A stretch of 64,000 bases of DNA from a bacterium. Its GTDB lineage: Bacteria; Hinthialibacterota; Hinthialibacteria; Hinthialibacterales; Hinthialibacteraceae. Location: NCBI GenBank assembly GCA_963662285.2, contig CAXXMV010000008.1:1536001-1600000 (forward strand), in the 5' to 3' direction. The notes under the pieces were generated by a model that had not been told where the DNA came from, did no database searches, and saw only the letters and a list, made by a program, of their open reading frames with translations. The stretch's first letter is position 1. Every line of letters starts with the position of its first letter. The position numbers were made by a program, and so were the translations under genes. Of the stretch, positions 1-10,088 are shown one piece after another.

Positions 1-1
1 T

Positions 2-484
2 CTAGAATATGAGTTGCGCGTCAATCCGGTATGGCCCATGCCCCACCTCAAATTCATATTAAATGAGTTGCAGCAATCGCCTATGATGATGGGGATCATC
101 TCAAACGCCCAATTCTACACGCCATCCTTATTTAAAATCTTTGCAGGAGGACAACCCGAAACTATAGGTTTTCAAGAGCCGCTCTGCATCTGGTCGTACC
201 TCTGCGGCGAGGGCAAACCATCGCTTCGCCTGTTCCAAATGGTTAGCGACCGCCTGCAAAAACAATGCAATATATCCCCCCAGGAAACCGTATTTATCGG
301 CAATGATATGCTCAATGATATCTGGACGGCGTCACAAGTAGGCTTCCGCACCATACTATTCGCCGGAGACCAACGCTCCCTGCGCTTAAGAGAAGACGAC
401 CCGCGTTGCGCCTCGCTCAAACCAGACAGGATAATCTGCGATCTGGCCGATATATGTAGAATTTTGCCAGATATCACCCCTTAA
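2..484 (+). CDS. HAD-superfamily hydrolase, 5'-truncated by the window edge
   Basis: Frame is open from base 2 (LEYELRVNPVWPMP). HAD motifs IISNAQ, GEGKPS and FIGNDMLNDI are present. Confidence 0.85.
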   Translation, partial: LEYELRVNPVWPMPHLKFILNELQQSPMMMGIISNAQFYTPSLFKIFAGGQPETIGFQEPLCIWSYLCGEGKPSLRLFQMVSDRLQKQCNISPQETVFIGNDMLNDIWTASQVGFRTILFAGDQRSLRLREDDPRCASLKPDRIICDLADICRILPDITP

Positions 485-1022
485 CATATCGATAGATATG
501 CGTCCCATCTTTGGCTTCCGGCTGAATAGTAGGCAATGGAAAGGTATTGGCGATCACTCGGCATCCAGGTTTCAGTTGGGGCCACAGTTCGCGTTCAAAC
601 CGGGGAAGATAGCGTTTTTCCAAGTACATAAAGACTACATCCGCGTCTCGCAGGTCTGCTTTCCAATAACTCTGATAATAGATTACGCCACCGCCCATTA
701 ACCGGGCGATCACATAAAGGTATACCGATAACTCATAACCGATTGCCTTGGCGCCAGCCTGAGCCGCCGCTCTGATAAAACGCCCGTCGCCGCAGCCCAG
801 GTCAACCACCGTCTCACCCGGCTGCAATCGAGCCAGCGCCACCATACGCTTTAAGGTTTCCCGGTCCGTAGGCAGATAGGGCGATCCAGTAAACATAGCG
901 TAAACCGAGGGAACTGTGCATATTATCAGAGGTACCAGCAACCATGCTGAATGGAAGCCAAACTGGTTAGCCAGAGTGCCCGCCGCCAAAACCACTATAA
1001 TCAATACAATATACTCAACCAC
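474..1022 (-). CDS. Membrane-anchored class I SAM-dependent methyltransferase
   Basis: Two N-terminal hydrophobic helices, GSPYLPT, SAM motif I VVDLGCGDGR, and LKPGCRVIAN. Confidence 0.85.
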   Translation of the reverse strand: MVEYIVLIIVVLAAGTLANQFGFHSAWLLVPLIICTVPSVYAMFTGSPYLPTDRETLKRMVALARLQPGETVVDLGCGDGRFIRAAAQAGAKAIGYELSVYLYVIARLMGGGVIYYQSYWKADLRDADVVFMYLEKRYLPRFERELWPQLKPGCRVIANTFPLPTIQPEAKDGTHIYRYVKG

Positions 1023-1122
1023 AATTTCTTCACTTTCAGCGTCGTTTTACCTATCAATTACTCTTTTAAATAGTGTAAAATGGAAAAAATGTAAATTGCA
1101 CCATCCATAGAGGAGAATAAAA

Positions 1123-2403
1123 ATGAAATCCAATAATTCAAATCGCCGCGAATTCATAAAGCATAGCATCAAAACCGGCGCTGTGATCAGCTCTTTGAGC
1201 GGCGCCATGAGCGTCAGTTCTTATTCACGCATTATCGGCGCCAACGATACGGTTCGCATCGGTATGATCGGAACCGGGGGACGCAACCGCTGGCATGTGG
1301 GATGGCTGCACCGCGTTTCATCTGTAGAGAAACTATCGGTAGTGGCGGGTTGCGACATCTGGTCGGAAAACCGCGAACATGGCGCCAATGAGATCAAAAA
1401 CCGCTTTGATAATGAACCCAAGATGTTCAAGAATTACCATGAACTATTGGCTCAGCCGGATATCGACGCGGTGGTCATCGCCACCCCGGATCACCAGCAC
1501 TGCACCATGCTGATGGATGCGGTTAAAGCGGGCAAAGACGCCTATGTTGAAAAACCGATTGGCATGAAACTTGACGAATTGAACGCCGCCGCTGACGTGG
1601 TTAAGAGTTCTGACCGTATCGTACAGAACGGTTCCCAGGGACGCAGCAGCGCTGGCGCCGCAGCAGCCAAGGAATTCATGCAATCAGGCAAACTGGGCAA
1701 ACTACTGCGCGTCGAAGAGAGCCGCAGCCATTACATTCCATACTGGAACCACTATCCCAAACCTAAAAAAGAGTCGGACACCGATTGGCAAGCATTCTTG
1801 TTCAATAGACCATATCGTCCATTTAATGCAGATCAACACGCCAGTTGGATGGGATACCGCGACTTCTCGTCCGGCACGGTCGGCGGCTGGATGAGCCATC
1901 TCAGCGATTTCATCCATTACCTGACCGACTGCGGTTTCCCGGTGACCGCAACATCCCAGGGCGGTATCTATGCCACTACATCCGAGCCGCAACGCACCTG
2001 CACCGATACGGTTACCGCCATCCTGCATTACGCTGAAGGCTTCACTACCCTGTTCACCACCCATTTCGGCAATGCTTTTAATGATTACACCATCTTTTTC
2101 TGCGAAAAAGGAACCATGGTCGTCAATGACCCGGATGGCAACACCAACGGCATCGGGGCGCGCATCCTGGGCGATGGCAGCGATCATGCTGAGAAAATCA
2201 AGAACGCTATTGAACTGGATAATACCACCGAAGAGGATCACATGACCAACTGGATACGCTGCATCAAGTCGCGCAAACAACCCAACGCCCACATGGGTTA
2301 TGGCTATATGCAGGGCGTAGCCTGCATCCTGGCCGACCGCGCTTATGAAGAGGGATGCAATATGAAATTCGATGCCGCAAACAGAGAAATAATACCAGCA
2401 TAA
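1123..2403 (+). CDS. Tat-exported Gfo/Idh/MocA oxidoreductase
   Basis: NRREFIK twin-arginine signal, IGMIGTGGR, IATPDHQH and YVEKP; AGGAG RBS. Confidence 0.9.
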   Translation: MKSNNSNRREFIKHSIKTGAVISSLSGAMSVSSYSRIIGANDTVRIGMIGTGGRNRWHVGWLHRVSSVEKLSVVAGCDIWSENREHGANEIKNRFDNEPKMFKNYHELLAQPDIDAVVIATPDHQHCTMLMDAVKAGKDAYVEKPIGMKLDELNAAADVVKSSDRIVQNGSQGRSSAGAAAAKEFMQSGKLGKLLRVEESRSHYIPYWNHYPKPKKESDTDWQAFLFNRPYRPFNADQHASWMGYRDFSSGTVGGWMSHLSDFIHYLTDCGFPVTATSQGGIYATTSEPQRTCTDTVTAILHYAEGFTTLFTTHFGNAFNDYTIFFCEKGTMVVNDPDGNTNGIGARILGDGSDHAEKIKNAIELDNTTEEDHMTNWIRCIKSRKQPNAHMGYGYMQGVACILADRAYEEGCNMKFDAANREIIPA

Positions 2404-2421
2404 CCAAATGAGGTATAGATA

Positions 2422-3630
2422 ATGAGTCAAAGGCAAAAGCGGCGCGGTTTCCTTAAAAACGCGTCCGCCGCAATGGGGTTGCTAATTGTCAAGCCGCAGT
2501 CAGTACGCGGCAGTTCGGCTAATTCGAGAATCGAACTGGGTATTATCGGCTGCGGGGGCCGTGGATTTTTTATCAGTAAAAAATTCATAGAGAATGTGGG
2601 GCCGGATATCAAACTGGTATCAGCCCATGATTATTTCTCCAACCGTTTGGAGAGATTTCAAAACATATTTGATATTCCAGCCAATCATTCTTTCACGGGA
2701 TTAAACGGCTACAAAGAGATACTGAGTTCCAAGGTGGACGGCGTTATAATCACCAGCCCACCCTATTTTCACCCACAGCATACAGCTGACGCAGTAGAGG
2801 CGGGCAAGCATATCTGGTTGTGCAAACCTGTGGCCATCGACGTCCCCGGCAGTATGAGCATCAAAGAAAGCGGGCGTAAAGCCAAAGGCAAATCGACATT
2901 GCTAGTCGATTTTCAAACCCGCAACAGCCCTTTCTTTATCGAAGCGGTGAAGCGGGTGCAAGAAAGCGCCATTGGAAAACAGGTCTGCGGCCAGGCCTTC
3001 AACCATTTCCCCTGCGGCGGTTTAGCTCCCACTGACGGCATGTCGCCCTATGCGGCGCGTTTGCGCAATTGGGGAACAGATCCGGTTATATCCGGCGACG
3101 TAATCGTCGAGCAGGCGGTTCATGCTATGGACGTGGCCAACTGGTTCGTTGGCTCTCACCCAACCAAAGCTTTTGGAACCGGCGGCCTTAAAGCCAGACT
3201 GAACGCCGGGAAGAACTGGGATCATTTCCTGGTCACCTATTTCTACGGCGATGGCCCCAAGATCGAACTCAATTGCGCCCAATTCACTAAAGGCTACGAA
3301 GACCTGGGCGCCCGGATATACGGTCAAATTGGCGTGGTAGACGCCCACTACCGCTCATCCGTCTGGGGAACCGGACCAATTGAGATCACCGGCGAGAACG
3401 CCTGGGAAGGGACGCAGCTCGACAACACCTGGGATATCGGGGTCAACAACAACTGCCGCGATTTCGTCGACAGCATCCGTAGCGGCGATTATATCAATCA
3501 CGCCGATTATGCAGCGGACAGCACATTAACTGCTATCCTGGGTCGTGAAGCATCCTATCGCGAAGAGGTACTGACCTGGGACGACATGATAAAAGAGAAC
3601 AAAAAACTGGAGATCGAAGCAGAATCCTAA
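2422..3630 (+). CDS. Tat-exported Gfo/Idh/MocA oxidoreductase
   Basis: KRRGFLK signal, LGIIGCGGRG, ITSPPYFH, LCKPVA and EQAVHAMD. Confidence 0.9.
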   Translation: MSQRQKRRGFLKNASAAMGLLIVKPQSVRGSSANSRIELGIIGCGGRGFFISKKFIENVGPDIKLVSAHDYFSNRLERFQNIFDIPANHSFTGLNGYKEILSSKVDGVIITSPPYFHPQHTADAVEAGKHIWLCKPVAIDVPGSMSIKESGRKAKGKSTLLVDFQTRNSPFFIEAVKRVQESAIGKQVCGQAFNHFPCGGLAPTDGMSPYAARLRNWGTDPVISGDVIVEQAVHAMDVANWFVGSHPTKAFGTGGLKARLNAGKNWDHFLVTYFYGDGPKIELNCAQFTKGYEDLGARIYGQIGVVDAHYRSSVWGTGPIEITGENAWEGTQLDNTWDIGVNNNCRDFVDSIRSGDYINHADYAADSTLTAILGREASYREEVLTWDDMIKENKKLEIEAES

Positions 3631-3688
3631 AAACGGTAGTTCGATTATTGTTATAACGTTAATTGGAAAATCAAAGGTTTTCGATAAC

Positions 3689-3829
3689 AACCCCCTCTTG
3701 AATTCTCCCCCAAACTTGGGGGAGAGGGGTGTTGGAGATATAAGCAGTTATATTGTAGTTCCTATGTTATACAAAACACTATGGTTTAGCATCCCTCTCC
3801 CAAGATTGGGAGAGGTTAGGTGAGGGTTG
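3689..3829. repeat. Inverted pair of BoxC-like purine/pyrimidine hairpins
   Basis: CCCCCTCTTGAATTCTCCCCCAAACTTGGGGGAGAG (3691-3726) faces CCCTCTCCCAAGATTGGGAGAGGTTAGGTGAGGG (3793-3826). The same family occurs inside both MITEs and, degenerate, at 35704-35737. Confidence 0.75.
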
Positions 3830-3921
3830 ATATCAACAATCTTGGTAGAAGGTTGCAAATGACGTAGAACAGATATCAATAAATCATCCGGCGTTTATAT
3901 AATCCTAAAGGAGAGTTCAAT

Positions 3922-4761
3922 ATGCCAGGCATCGGTTATCACACAGACGCTTTCAACAGCAGTAACTGGAGTTTTGAGCAATGTCTATCTTGGGCGAAGG
4001 ATCACGATCTGAAGTTCATCGAATGCGGCGTGATAGATGGATCGGCCTATCTCCAGGCGCTGGGATTCTTTCCCCATTTATCATTGCTGGAAGACCCTAT
4101 CCTATGGCGTAAGAAGATGGATGAATATGGCGTACGTTTCAGCCAACTGGACGCCGCTTTTCCATTGAATGTGATGGATGGCCTGACTATTGGCGTACAG
4201 TATATATTAAACGCTATACGCTGGGCTAAATTGACGGGATGCCCCTGCATTGATACCACGGACGCAGCATGCAAACCAGAAGGCCAAAGCGACCTGGATG
4301 GTATGCATATTCTTAAAGCCGCTTATAGAGAAATCCTCAAAGTGGCGGAAGCATACGATATTAAAATCAACATTGAACCGCATGGTTATTTCACCACCAA
4401 ACCAAAGTTCATCGACGAACTGATGGAGGAATTTAAAAGCCCCTGCTTCGGTCTAAACATGGACACTGGCAATACATTTATCTCTGGACAGGACCCAGTG
4501 GCCTATCTGGATCAATTCAAAGACCGGGTCAATCACGTTCACGTTAAGGACGTCAGCCAGGAACTGGCCGAAGCGCTTAAAGGCAACGCCACTGGAATCG
4601 CCATGAGTCAAAGCCCGGTCGGCGGCGGCGTCAACGCCGACAACATCAGCCAATGCATCAAAATCCTGGTTGATAATGGATACGACGGCGTATTCAGCCT
4701 GGAATGCGAAGGCGTAGTACTTGAACAATCAGTATCCTGGATCAAAGGTCAGTTATCTTAA
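3922..4761 (+). CDS. Sugar phosphate isomerase/epimerase (xylose isomerase-like TIM barrel)
   Basis: Metal-binding motifs INIEPHG, NMDTGN, HVHVKD and FSLECE; AAGGAG RBS. Confidence 0.9.
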   Translation: MPGIGYHTDAFNSSNWSFEQCLSWAKDHDLKFIECGVIDGSAYLQALGFFPHLSLLEDPILWRKKMDEYGVRFSQLDAAFPLNVMDGLTIGVQYILNAIRWAKLTGCPCIDTTDAACKPEGQSDLDGMHILKAAYREILKVAEAYDIKINIEPHGYFTTKPKFIDELMEEFKSPCFGLNMDTGNTFISGQDPVAYLDQFKDRVNHVHVKDVSQELAEALKGNATGIAMSQSPVGGGVNADNISQCIKILVDNGYDGVFSLECEGVVLEQSVSWIKGQLS

Positions 4762-4771
4762 ACTTAATTTC

Positions 4772-4800
4772 GTAGGGTGTGTCGCGCTTTTTGACCCACC
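4772..4800 (+). repeat. GTAG-type REP hairpin, degenerate
   Basis: GTAGGGTGTGTCGCGCTTTTTGACCCACC lies just after a stop codon and resembles the copies at 29497, 36726 and 37881. Confidence 0.65.
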
Positions 4801-4846
4801 GGAACAAGCTGAACTGTTACCATAGAATAAACTTAGGAGAATTATT

Positions 4847-5602
4847 ATGTTCCGCTTAACGAGACTGATATTATTAATAGCCTGCTTAGCTCTGCCCTTA
4901 TCACTGCAAGCCGCCGATGAGAAGCCTATCCGCATGTTGATTTCCGGCGGCGGCGAATGGCATCCCTACGGCCAAGGTTCCGGCGCTTTCATAGACGCAG
5001 TGCGCAAAAAAGGCAACATTTTATGCTCTTACTCAGAAGACATCCGCTCCCTGCGGAAAGACCATCTCAAACATTTCGATGTATTGGTCATCTACAATGG
5101 AGTCTACTACAAAGGTGAAGGTGAAGAACAAAAAACGCCGACGCCCAAAGGCATCCCGGAAAGCATCACCGAATTCGTCAAAAACGGCGGCGGGTTGATC
5201 TGCGTGCATTCCGGTATGGCGTCCTTTTCCGATTGGCCTGGCTATTTTGACCTGATCGGCGGCGTTTGGGTCTGGGGAACCTCAACCCACGACGCCTATG
5301 GAACTCTCAAAAGCAACGTAGTCTCCGACCACCCCATCGTCAAAGGGTTGCCCAAAACTTTTGAATTTCAGGACGAGTTCTATCACACCCTAAAACTACA
5401 ACCCGGCATCAAGGTACTGATCGAATCAACCCATGAAAAGAATGGCGAGACCGTAACCGAACCTCTAGCCTGGGTTGCAAAAGACACCCCCGAAGAACGG
5501 GTGGCGGTTATCCTTCATGGCCACGACATGGGTTCATGGGGCGACCCCAATATGCAGCAATTGATGACCCAGGCTGTAGAATGGGCCGGGCGCAGGCGGT
5601 AA
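4847..5602 (+). CDS. Secreted ThuA-like (class I glutamine amidotransferase-like) protein
   Basis: Signal peptide, FVKNGGGLICVHS, DHPIVKGLP, DEFY and LHGHD. Confidence 0.85.
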   Translation: MFRLTRLILLIACLALPLSLQAADEKPIRMLISGGGEWHPYGQGSGAFIDAVRKKGNILCSYSEDIRSLRKDHLKHFDVLVIYNGVYYKGEGEEQKTPTPKGIPESITEFVKNGGGLICVHSGMASFSDWPGYFDLIGGVWVWGTSTHDAYGTLKSNVVSDHPIVKGLPKTFEFQDEFYHTLKLQPGIKVLIESTHEKNGETVTEPLAWVAKDTPEERVAVILHGHDMGSWGDPNMQQLMTQAVEWAGRRR

Positions 5603-5626
5603 GCATTGCTATATGTGGATAATCCT

Positions 5627-5659
5627 AAACGGGGCGTATTAGTGCGTCCCGTTTTTTTT
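5627..5659 (+). terminator. Rho-independent terminator
   Basis: AAACGGGGCGTA-TTAG-TGCGTCCCGTTT stem followed by a T run. Confidence 0.7.
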
Positions 5660-5680
5660 CTAATAAATGAGGGAGAGAAC

Positions 5681-6973
5681 ATGCGTTCTAGATTAACCGA
5701 TGAACAAATCAGCCATGTTTTTATTCGGGCGCTTCAGGATATTAATTTAGTCGAGTCGGATGATACCGCATTGATTTTTTATGATCAATCATATCTCGAA
5801 GAACGAATTAAAAATTTAGTTTTGCAATTCCCAAAAACCACATTACACAGTATCGCAATAAAAGCAAATCCACTTGTTAAAATACTAAAACAAATTGAGA
5901 AATTAGGCGTGGGTTTAGAAGCGGCTACGTTACCAGAACTATATTTAGCGGAAAAATCGGGTTTTACATCTGACCGTATTGTTTTCGATTCACCAACAAA
6001 AACTATAGAAGAGATAAAATACGCCTTGAATTTTGGTTGTCATATAAATGCTGATTCTTTGTATGAACTTCACCGGATTGATGAATTACTAAAAAATTGT
6101 AAGAGTAAAAGTACAATCGGCATACGAATAAATCCACAAGTTGGAACTGGAGTTATTGAATCAACAAGCGTCGCCGGGGAATATTCAAAATTTGGCGCGC
6201 CTATAAGAGAGAATCGTGAAGAGTTGATTGATAAATTTTTAGAATATGATTGGCTTACAGGAGTTCATCTTCATATAGGTTCTCAGGGATGTTCTGTTGA
6301 AATGTTATTAAGTGGGATTGAAATTGTTTTGGATTTTGCAAAAGAAGTAAATGATATTATAGAAAGAAAAAAAACCGGGCGGAAAATTTCGATTTTTGAC
6401 ATAGGCGGCGGGTTGCCGGTTTCTTATCATAGAGATGACGAAACAGTTAGATTATCCCTTTATGTCAAAGAAATGCGTAATCAATTTAAAGAACTTTTCA
6501 GTAATGATTTTAGATTAATAACTGAATTCGGAAGATATATACATGCGAATACCGGTTGGGTGGCAAGTAAAGTTGAATACGTCAAGAGAGATTCAAATGT
6601 AAATACAGTTATGATCCATGTTGGTGCGGACTTGTTTCTACGTAAATGTTATAGACCGGAAGATTGGCATCATGAAATTTTGGTTGTTGATGATAACGGG
6701 AAAATTAAGAGTGGTAAAGATGATAATAAATATGTAATAGCCGGCCCTCTATGCTTTGCAGGAGATATAATCGCTAAAGATATTGAATTGCCTGTGGTAG
6801 AGCAAGGAGATTATATAATAATACAAGACGCAGGAGCATACACTTTGAGCATGTGGTCAAGATATAATAGCCGACAAATTCCTAAAGTAATCGGGTATAT
6901 TGAAGACGGTGAGAAATTTGAGATAATCAGGGAACGAGAGAGTCTTGATAACATTATGGACTTTTGGTCATAG
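5681..6973 (+). CDS. Fold-type III PLP-dependent decarboxylase (diaminopimelate/ornithine decarboxylase-like)
   Basis: AIKANP (PLP lysine), HLHIGSQ, DIGGGL, TEFGRY, GPLCFAGD and DAGAY. Start moved to ATG 5681 after GAGGGAG. Visibly AT-rich compared with its neighbours. Confidence 0.85.
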   Translation: MRSRLTDEQISHVFIRALQDINLVESDDTALIFYDQSYLEERIKNLVLQFPKTTLHSIAIKANPLVKILKQIEKLGVGLEAATLPELYLAEKSGFTSDRIVFDSPTKTIEEIKYALNFGCHINADSLYELHRIDELLKNCKSKSTIGIRINPQVGTGVIESTSVAGEYSKFGAPIRENREELIDKFLEYDWLTGVHLHIGSQGCSVEMLLSGIEIVLDFAKEVNDIIERKKTGRKISIFDIGGGLPVSYHRDDETVRLSLYVKEMRNQFKELFSNDFRLITEFGRYIHANTGWVASKVEYVKRDSNVNTVMIHVGADLFLRKCYRPEDWHHEILVVDDNGKIKSGKDDNKYVIAGPLCFAGDIIAKDIELPVVEQGDYIIIQDAGAYTLSMWSRYNSRQIPKVIGYIEDGEKFEIIRERESLDNIMDFWS

Positions 6974-7156
6974 GTATATGCGTCATTATAAATAAGACTC
7001 AATTAAAATAAATCGGTGGGTGAATAATAGTAAAAATATGTTAAATCTGAGAGGTGCAAAAACACCTATACCGACAATTACAACCACATCACTTTATGTT
7101 AATATAAAGCAATCAATTTACTGCCAATTAATAATGCAAATACGGAGGATGAAACT

Positions 7157-8524
7157 ATGTCTCTCGACGCCATTTATCCCGCTACTGGAGAAACGATTAA
7201 AACATACCCTGAGATGCAACCAGAAGAGGTTAAATCCATCCTGCAGCAGTCGCAAGACGCTTTTGATGGGTGGCGCAAGACTTCATTCACCGAGCGCGCG
7301 GCCTGTCTGAAAAAAGCCGCGCAGATACTCGAAGATAATGCGGAAAAATACGCCCAACTCATGACTCAGGAGATGGGCAAGACCATAAACGAAGGCATCG
7401 CCGAAGCCAAAAAATGCGCCTGGGTATGCACCTATTACGCCAACAATGCAGCGGCGTTTCTGGCCAACGAAAGAATATCAACCGACGCGGGTAATAGTTT
7501 CGTCTCTTTCCAGCCTATTGGAGTTGTGCTGGCCGTAATGCCTTGGAATTTCCCCTTCTGGCAGGTATTCCGTTTCGCCGCTCCAGCGCTAATGGCGGGT
7601 AACATCGGCGTATTGAAACACGCTTCCAATGTTCCAGGATGCGCCTTGGCTATAGAAGAGATACTGCATCATGCGGGGATTCCGCAAAACGTTTTTCGCA
7701 CCCTGCTGGTGGGCAGCGCGCAGGTTGAAGCCATTATCGAGAATCCCATAGTCAAAGCCGTTACCCTGACCGGCAGCACTCCAGCCGGAAAAGCCGTCGC
7801 CCAAACCGCTGGCCGTATGCTCAAGAAATCCGTGCTCGAACTGGGGGGCAGCGATCCCTATGTAATACTGCAAGACGCTGATCTTGATCTGGCCGCGTCC
7901 ACCTGCGTCACCAGCCGCCTTATCAACTGCGGACAAAGCTGCATCGCCGCCAAAAGATTTATCGTCGTCGAACCTATCGCCCAAGCATTTACCGACAAAT
8001 TCGTTGAAAAAATGGCGCAGGTTAAAAGCGGCGATCCCATGCTGTCTGAGACCCAGATTGGCCCTATGGCGCGGCATGACTTACGCGATGAACTACACCA
8101 GCAAGTGCTCGCCAGCATTGAGGCAGGCGCTCAATGCATCCTGGGCGGTGAATTACCTCAAGGCCCTGGAGCATTCTATCCCCCCACAGTTTTAACTAAC
8201 GTCAAACCGGGTATGCCTGCTTATGATGAAGAGATATTCGGTCCTGTGGCCTCGATCATAACCGCCAGGGATGAAGACGACGCCATTCGCATCGCCAATG
8301 ATTCCATCTTCGGCCTGGGCGCCGCAGTCTTCACCCAAGACATAGCCAAAGGCGAACGTTTGGCCGCTGAATCAATTGAAGCGGGATGCTGCTTTGTAAA
8401 CTCGTTCGTCAAATCCGACCCCCGCTTGCCATTCGGAGGCGTCAAAGAAAGCGGATACGGCCGCGAATTATCCCATTACGGCATCAAGGAATTCGTCAAT
8501 ATCAAAACGGTTTACATCAAATAA
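7157..8524 (+). CDS. NAD(P)-dependent succinate-semialdehyde dehydrogenase-like aldehyde dehydrogenase
   Basis: MPWNFPFWQ, LKHAS, LTGSTPAG, LELGGSD, GQSCIAAKR, EEIFGP and PFGGVKESGYGRE. Confidence 0.92.
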   Translation: MSLDAIYPATGETIKTYPEMQPEEVKSILQQSQDAFDGWRKTSFTERAACLKKAAQILEDNAEKYAQLMTQEMGKTINEGIAEAKKCAWVCTYYANNAAAFLANERISTDAGNSFVSFQPIGVVLAVMPWNFPFWQVFRFAAPALMAGNIGVLKHASNVPGCALAIEEILHHAGIPQNVFRTLLVGSAQVEAIIENPIVKAVTLTGSTPAGKAVAQTAGRMLKKSVLELGGSDPYVILQDADLDLAASTCVTSRLINCGQSCIAAKRFIVVEPIAQAFTDKFVEKMAQVKSGDPMLSETQIGPMARHDLRDELHQQVLASIEAGAQCILGGELPQGPGAFYPPTVLTNVKPGMPAYDEEIFGPVASIITARDEDDAIRIANDSIFGLGAAVFTQDIAKGERLAAESIEAGCCFVNSFVKSDPRLPFGGVKESGYGRELSHYGIKEFVNIKTVYIK

Positions 8525-8557
8525 AGCACCGTAGTACAACGACATCGGGAGATGAAT

Positions 8558-8606
8558 GGGCGCCAAGGGCAAGACCGCATCGCGGTCAGCCCTTGATGAA
8601 ACCACC
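8558..8606 (+). repeat. Family-A bulged hairpin repeat, branched-loop variant
   Basis: GGGCGCCAAGGGCAA-GACCGCATCGCGGTC-AGCCCTTGATGAAACCACC. Confidence 0.85.
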
Positions 8607-8626
8607 TAATATATGGAGATAGACCC

Positions 8627-10075
8627 ATGAACAACAAGTTAAACCGCCGCGACTGCTTAAAATATCTGGGACTCTCTACAGCGGGCTTGATGCAATCCCC
8701 GTTTTCATACGCCAGCGCAACAGACGCCGCTAAAAAATGGAATTTCGTCTTCATCTTAGTAGACGACATGGGTTGGAGCGATTTAGCCTGCTATGGCGCC
8801 GATCTGCATGAGACACCCAATATCGACAAGTTTGCGGGAGAGTGTATGCGCTTCACGGACGCCTACGCCGCCAGCCCGGTATGTACTCCCACCCGCGCCT
8901 CCATCATGACTGGCAAATACCCGGCCCGTTTGCACATGACGGTGTGGCGCGAAGAGACTCTCAGGCCGCCCAAGAAAAACCGCAAACTCATTCCACCTCA
9001 TGCAGTGAGCGATCTTCCCCACCAGGAAATCACCATCGCCGAGGCGCTGCAATCCGCTGGCTATCAAACCGCCCACATCGGCAAATGGCACCTAGGGGGC
9101 GCAGAACATTACCCGGAAACCCAGGGTTTCGACGTCAACATCGGCGGAACGCTGTGGGGGGCGCCGAATACCTATTTCTATCCCTACAGCGGTTCAGAAT
9201 ATTACGGTCATCACCGCTATGTGCCCGGTCTGGCCTTTGGAGAAAAAGGCGAGTACCTCACCGACCGCCTTACCACCGAAGCCATGAATCTGATAGACAA
9301 GATGCAGCATAAACCATTCATGCTCCACCTGGCTTATCATACGGTTCATTCGCCCATCGAAGGCAAGCCGGAATTGGTAGAGTATTATCAGAAAAAACTT
9401 AAAGAAGGCCTGAACCATAAAAGCGCAACCTACGCGGCTATGGTGCATTCATTAGATGAAAACGTAGGGCGCCTGCTAGGCAAGATCGATGAACTTAATA
9501 TCGCTGATAATACCGTAGTCATCCTGTTTTCTGACAACGGTGGAGTAAGCACTGAAATCAGAGGAAAATTCGTAACCAGCAACCACCCGCTGCGCTCCGG
9601 CAAAGGATCACTTTATGAAGGCGGCATCCGCGAGCCATTACTAATCAAATGGCCTGGAGTAACCAAGCCGGGCAGCGTCTGTCATGAGCCGGTATGTTCA
9701 ACAGATTTTTATCCCACCATGCTGGATATCACCGGATCATCAGGTGACTCAAACCATAACCCGGATGGCATCAGCATCTCCCCGCTGCTCAAGAATCCCG
9801 CCAGCCAACTGCCGCGCAAAGAATTGTATTGGCATTTCCCGCATTACTATTCCACCACATCCCCTGTAAGCGCAGTGCGTCAGGGAGATTGGAAACTTTT
9901 GGAATATTACGAAGACGGCCACCTTGAACTATACAACCTAAAAGAAGACCTTGGAGAAACAAACAATCTTGCGGAAAATAATCCTACCAAAGCCGTCGAA
10001 TTACAGACGCTGCTATCCAACTGGCGTAAAAATGTTAACGCCCAGCTGCCAGTGGTTAATCAGGATCAACAATAA
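8627..10075 (+). CDS. Tat-exported formylglycine-dependent (S1) sulfatase
   Basis: NRRDCLK signal, ILVDDMG, catalytic CTPTRASIMTG, GKWHLG, FSDNG and GKGSLYEGGIR. Confidence 0.95.
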   Translation: MNNKLNRRDCLKYLGLSTAGLMQSPFSYASATDAAKKWNFVFILVDDMGWSDLACYGADLHETPNIDKFAGECMRFTDAYAASPVCTPTRASIMTGKYPARLHMTVWREETLRPPKKNRKLIPPHAVSDLPHQEITIAEALQSAGYQTAHIGKWHLGGAEHYPETQGFDVNIGGTLWGAPNTYFYPYSGSEYYGHHRYVPGLAFGEKGEYLTDRLTTEAMNLIDKMQHKPFMLHLAYHTVHSPIEGKPELVEYYQKKLKEGLNHKSATYAAMVHSLDENVGRLLGKIDELNIADNTVVILFSDNGGVSTEIRGKFVTSNHPLRSGKGSLYEGGIREPLLIKWPGVTKPGSVCHEPVCSTDFYPTMLDITGSSGDSNHNPDGISISPLLKNPASQLPRKELYWHFPHYYSTTSPVSAVRQGDWKLLEYYEDGHLELYNLKEDLGETNNLAENNPTKAVELQTLLSNWRKNVNAQLPVVNQDQQ

Positions 10076-10088
10076 ACGAAAGAATGCT

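Noticed and set aside
1702-2436. Long antisense or alternate-frame ORFs (also 47291-47824, 50450-51082, 58889-59608, 61202-62005, 63509-63865)
   Set aside because: They are shadows of well-supported genes in another frame or strand.
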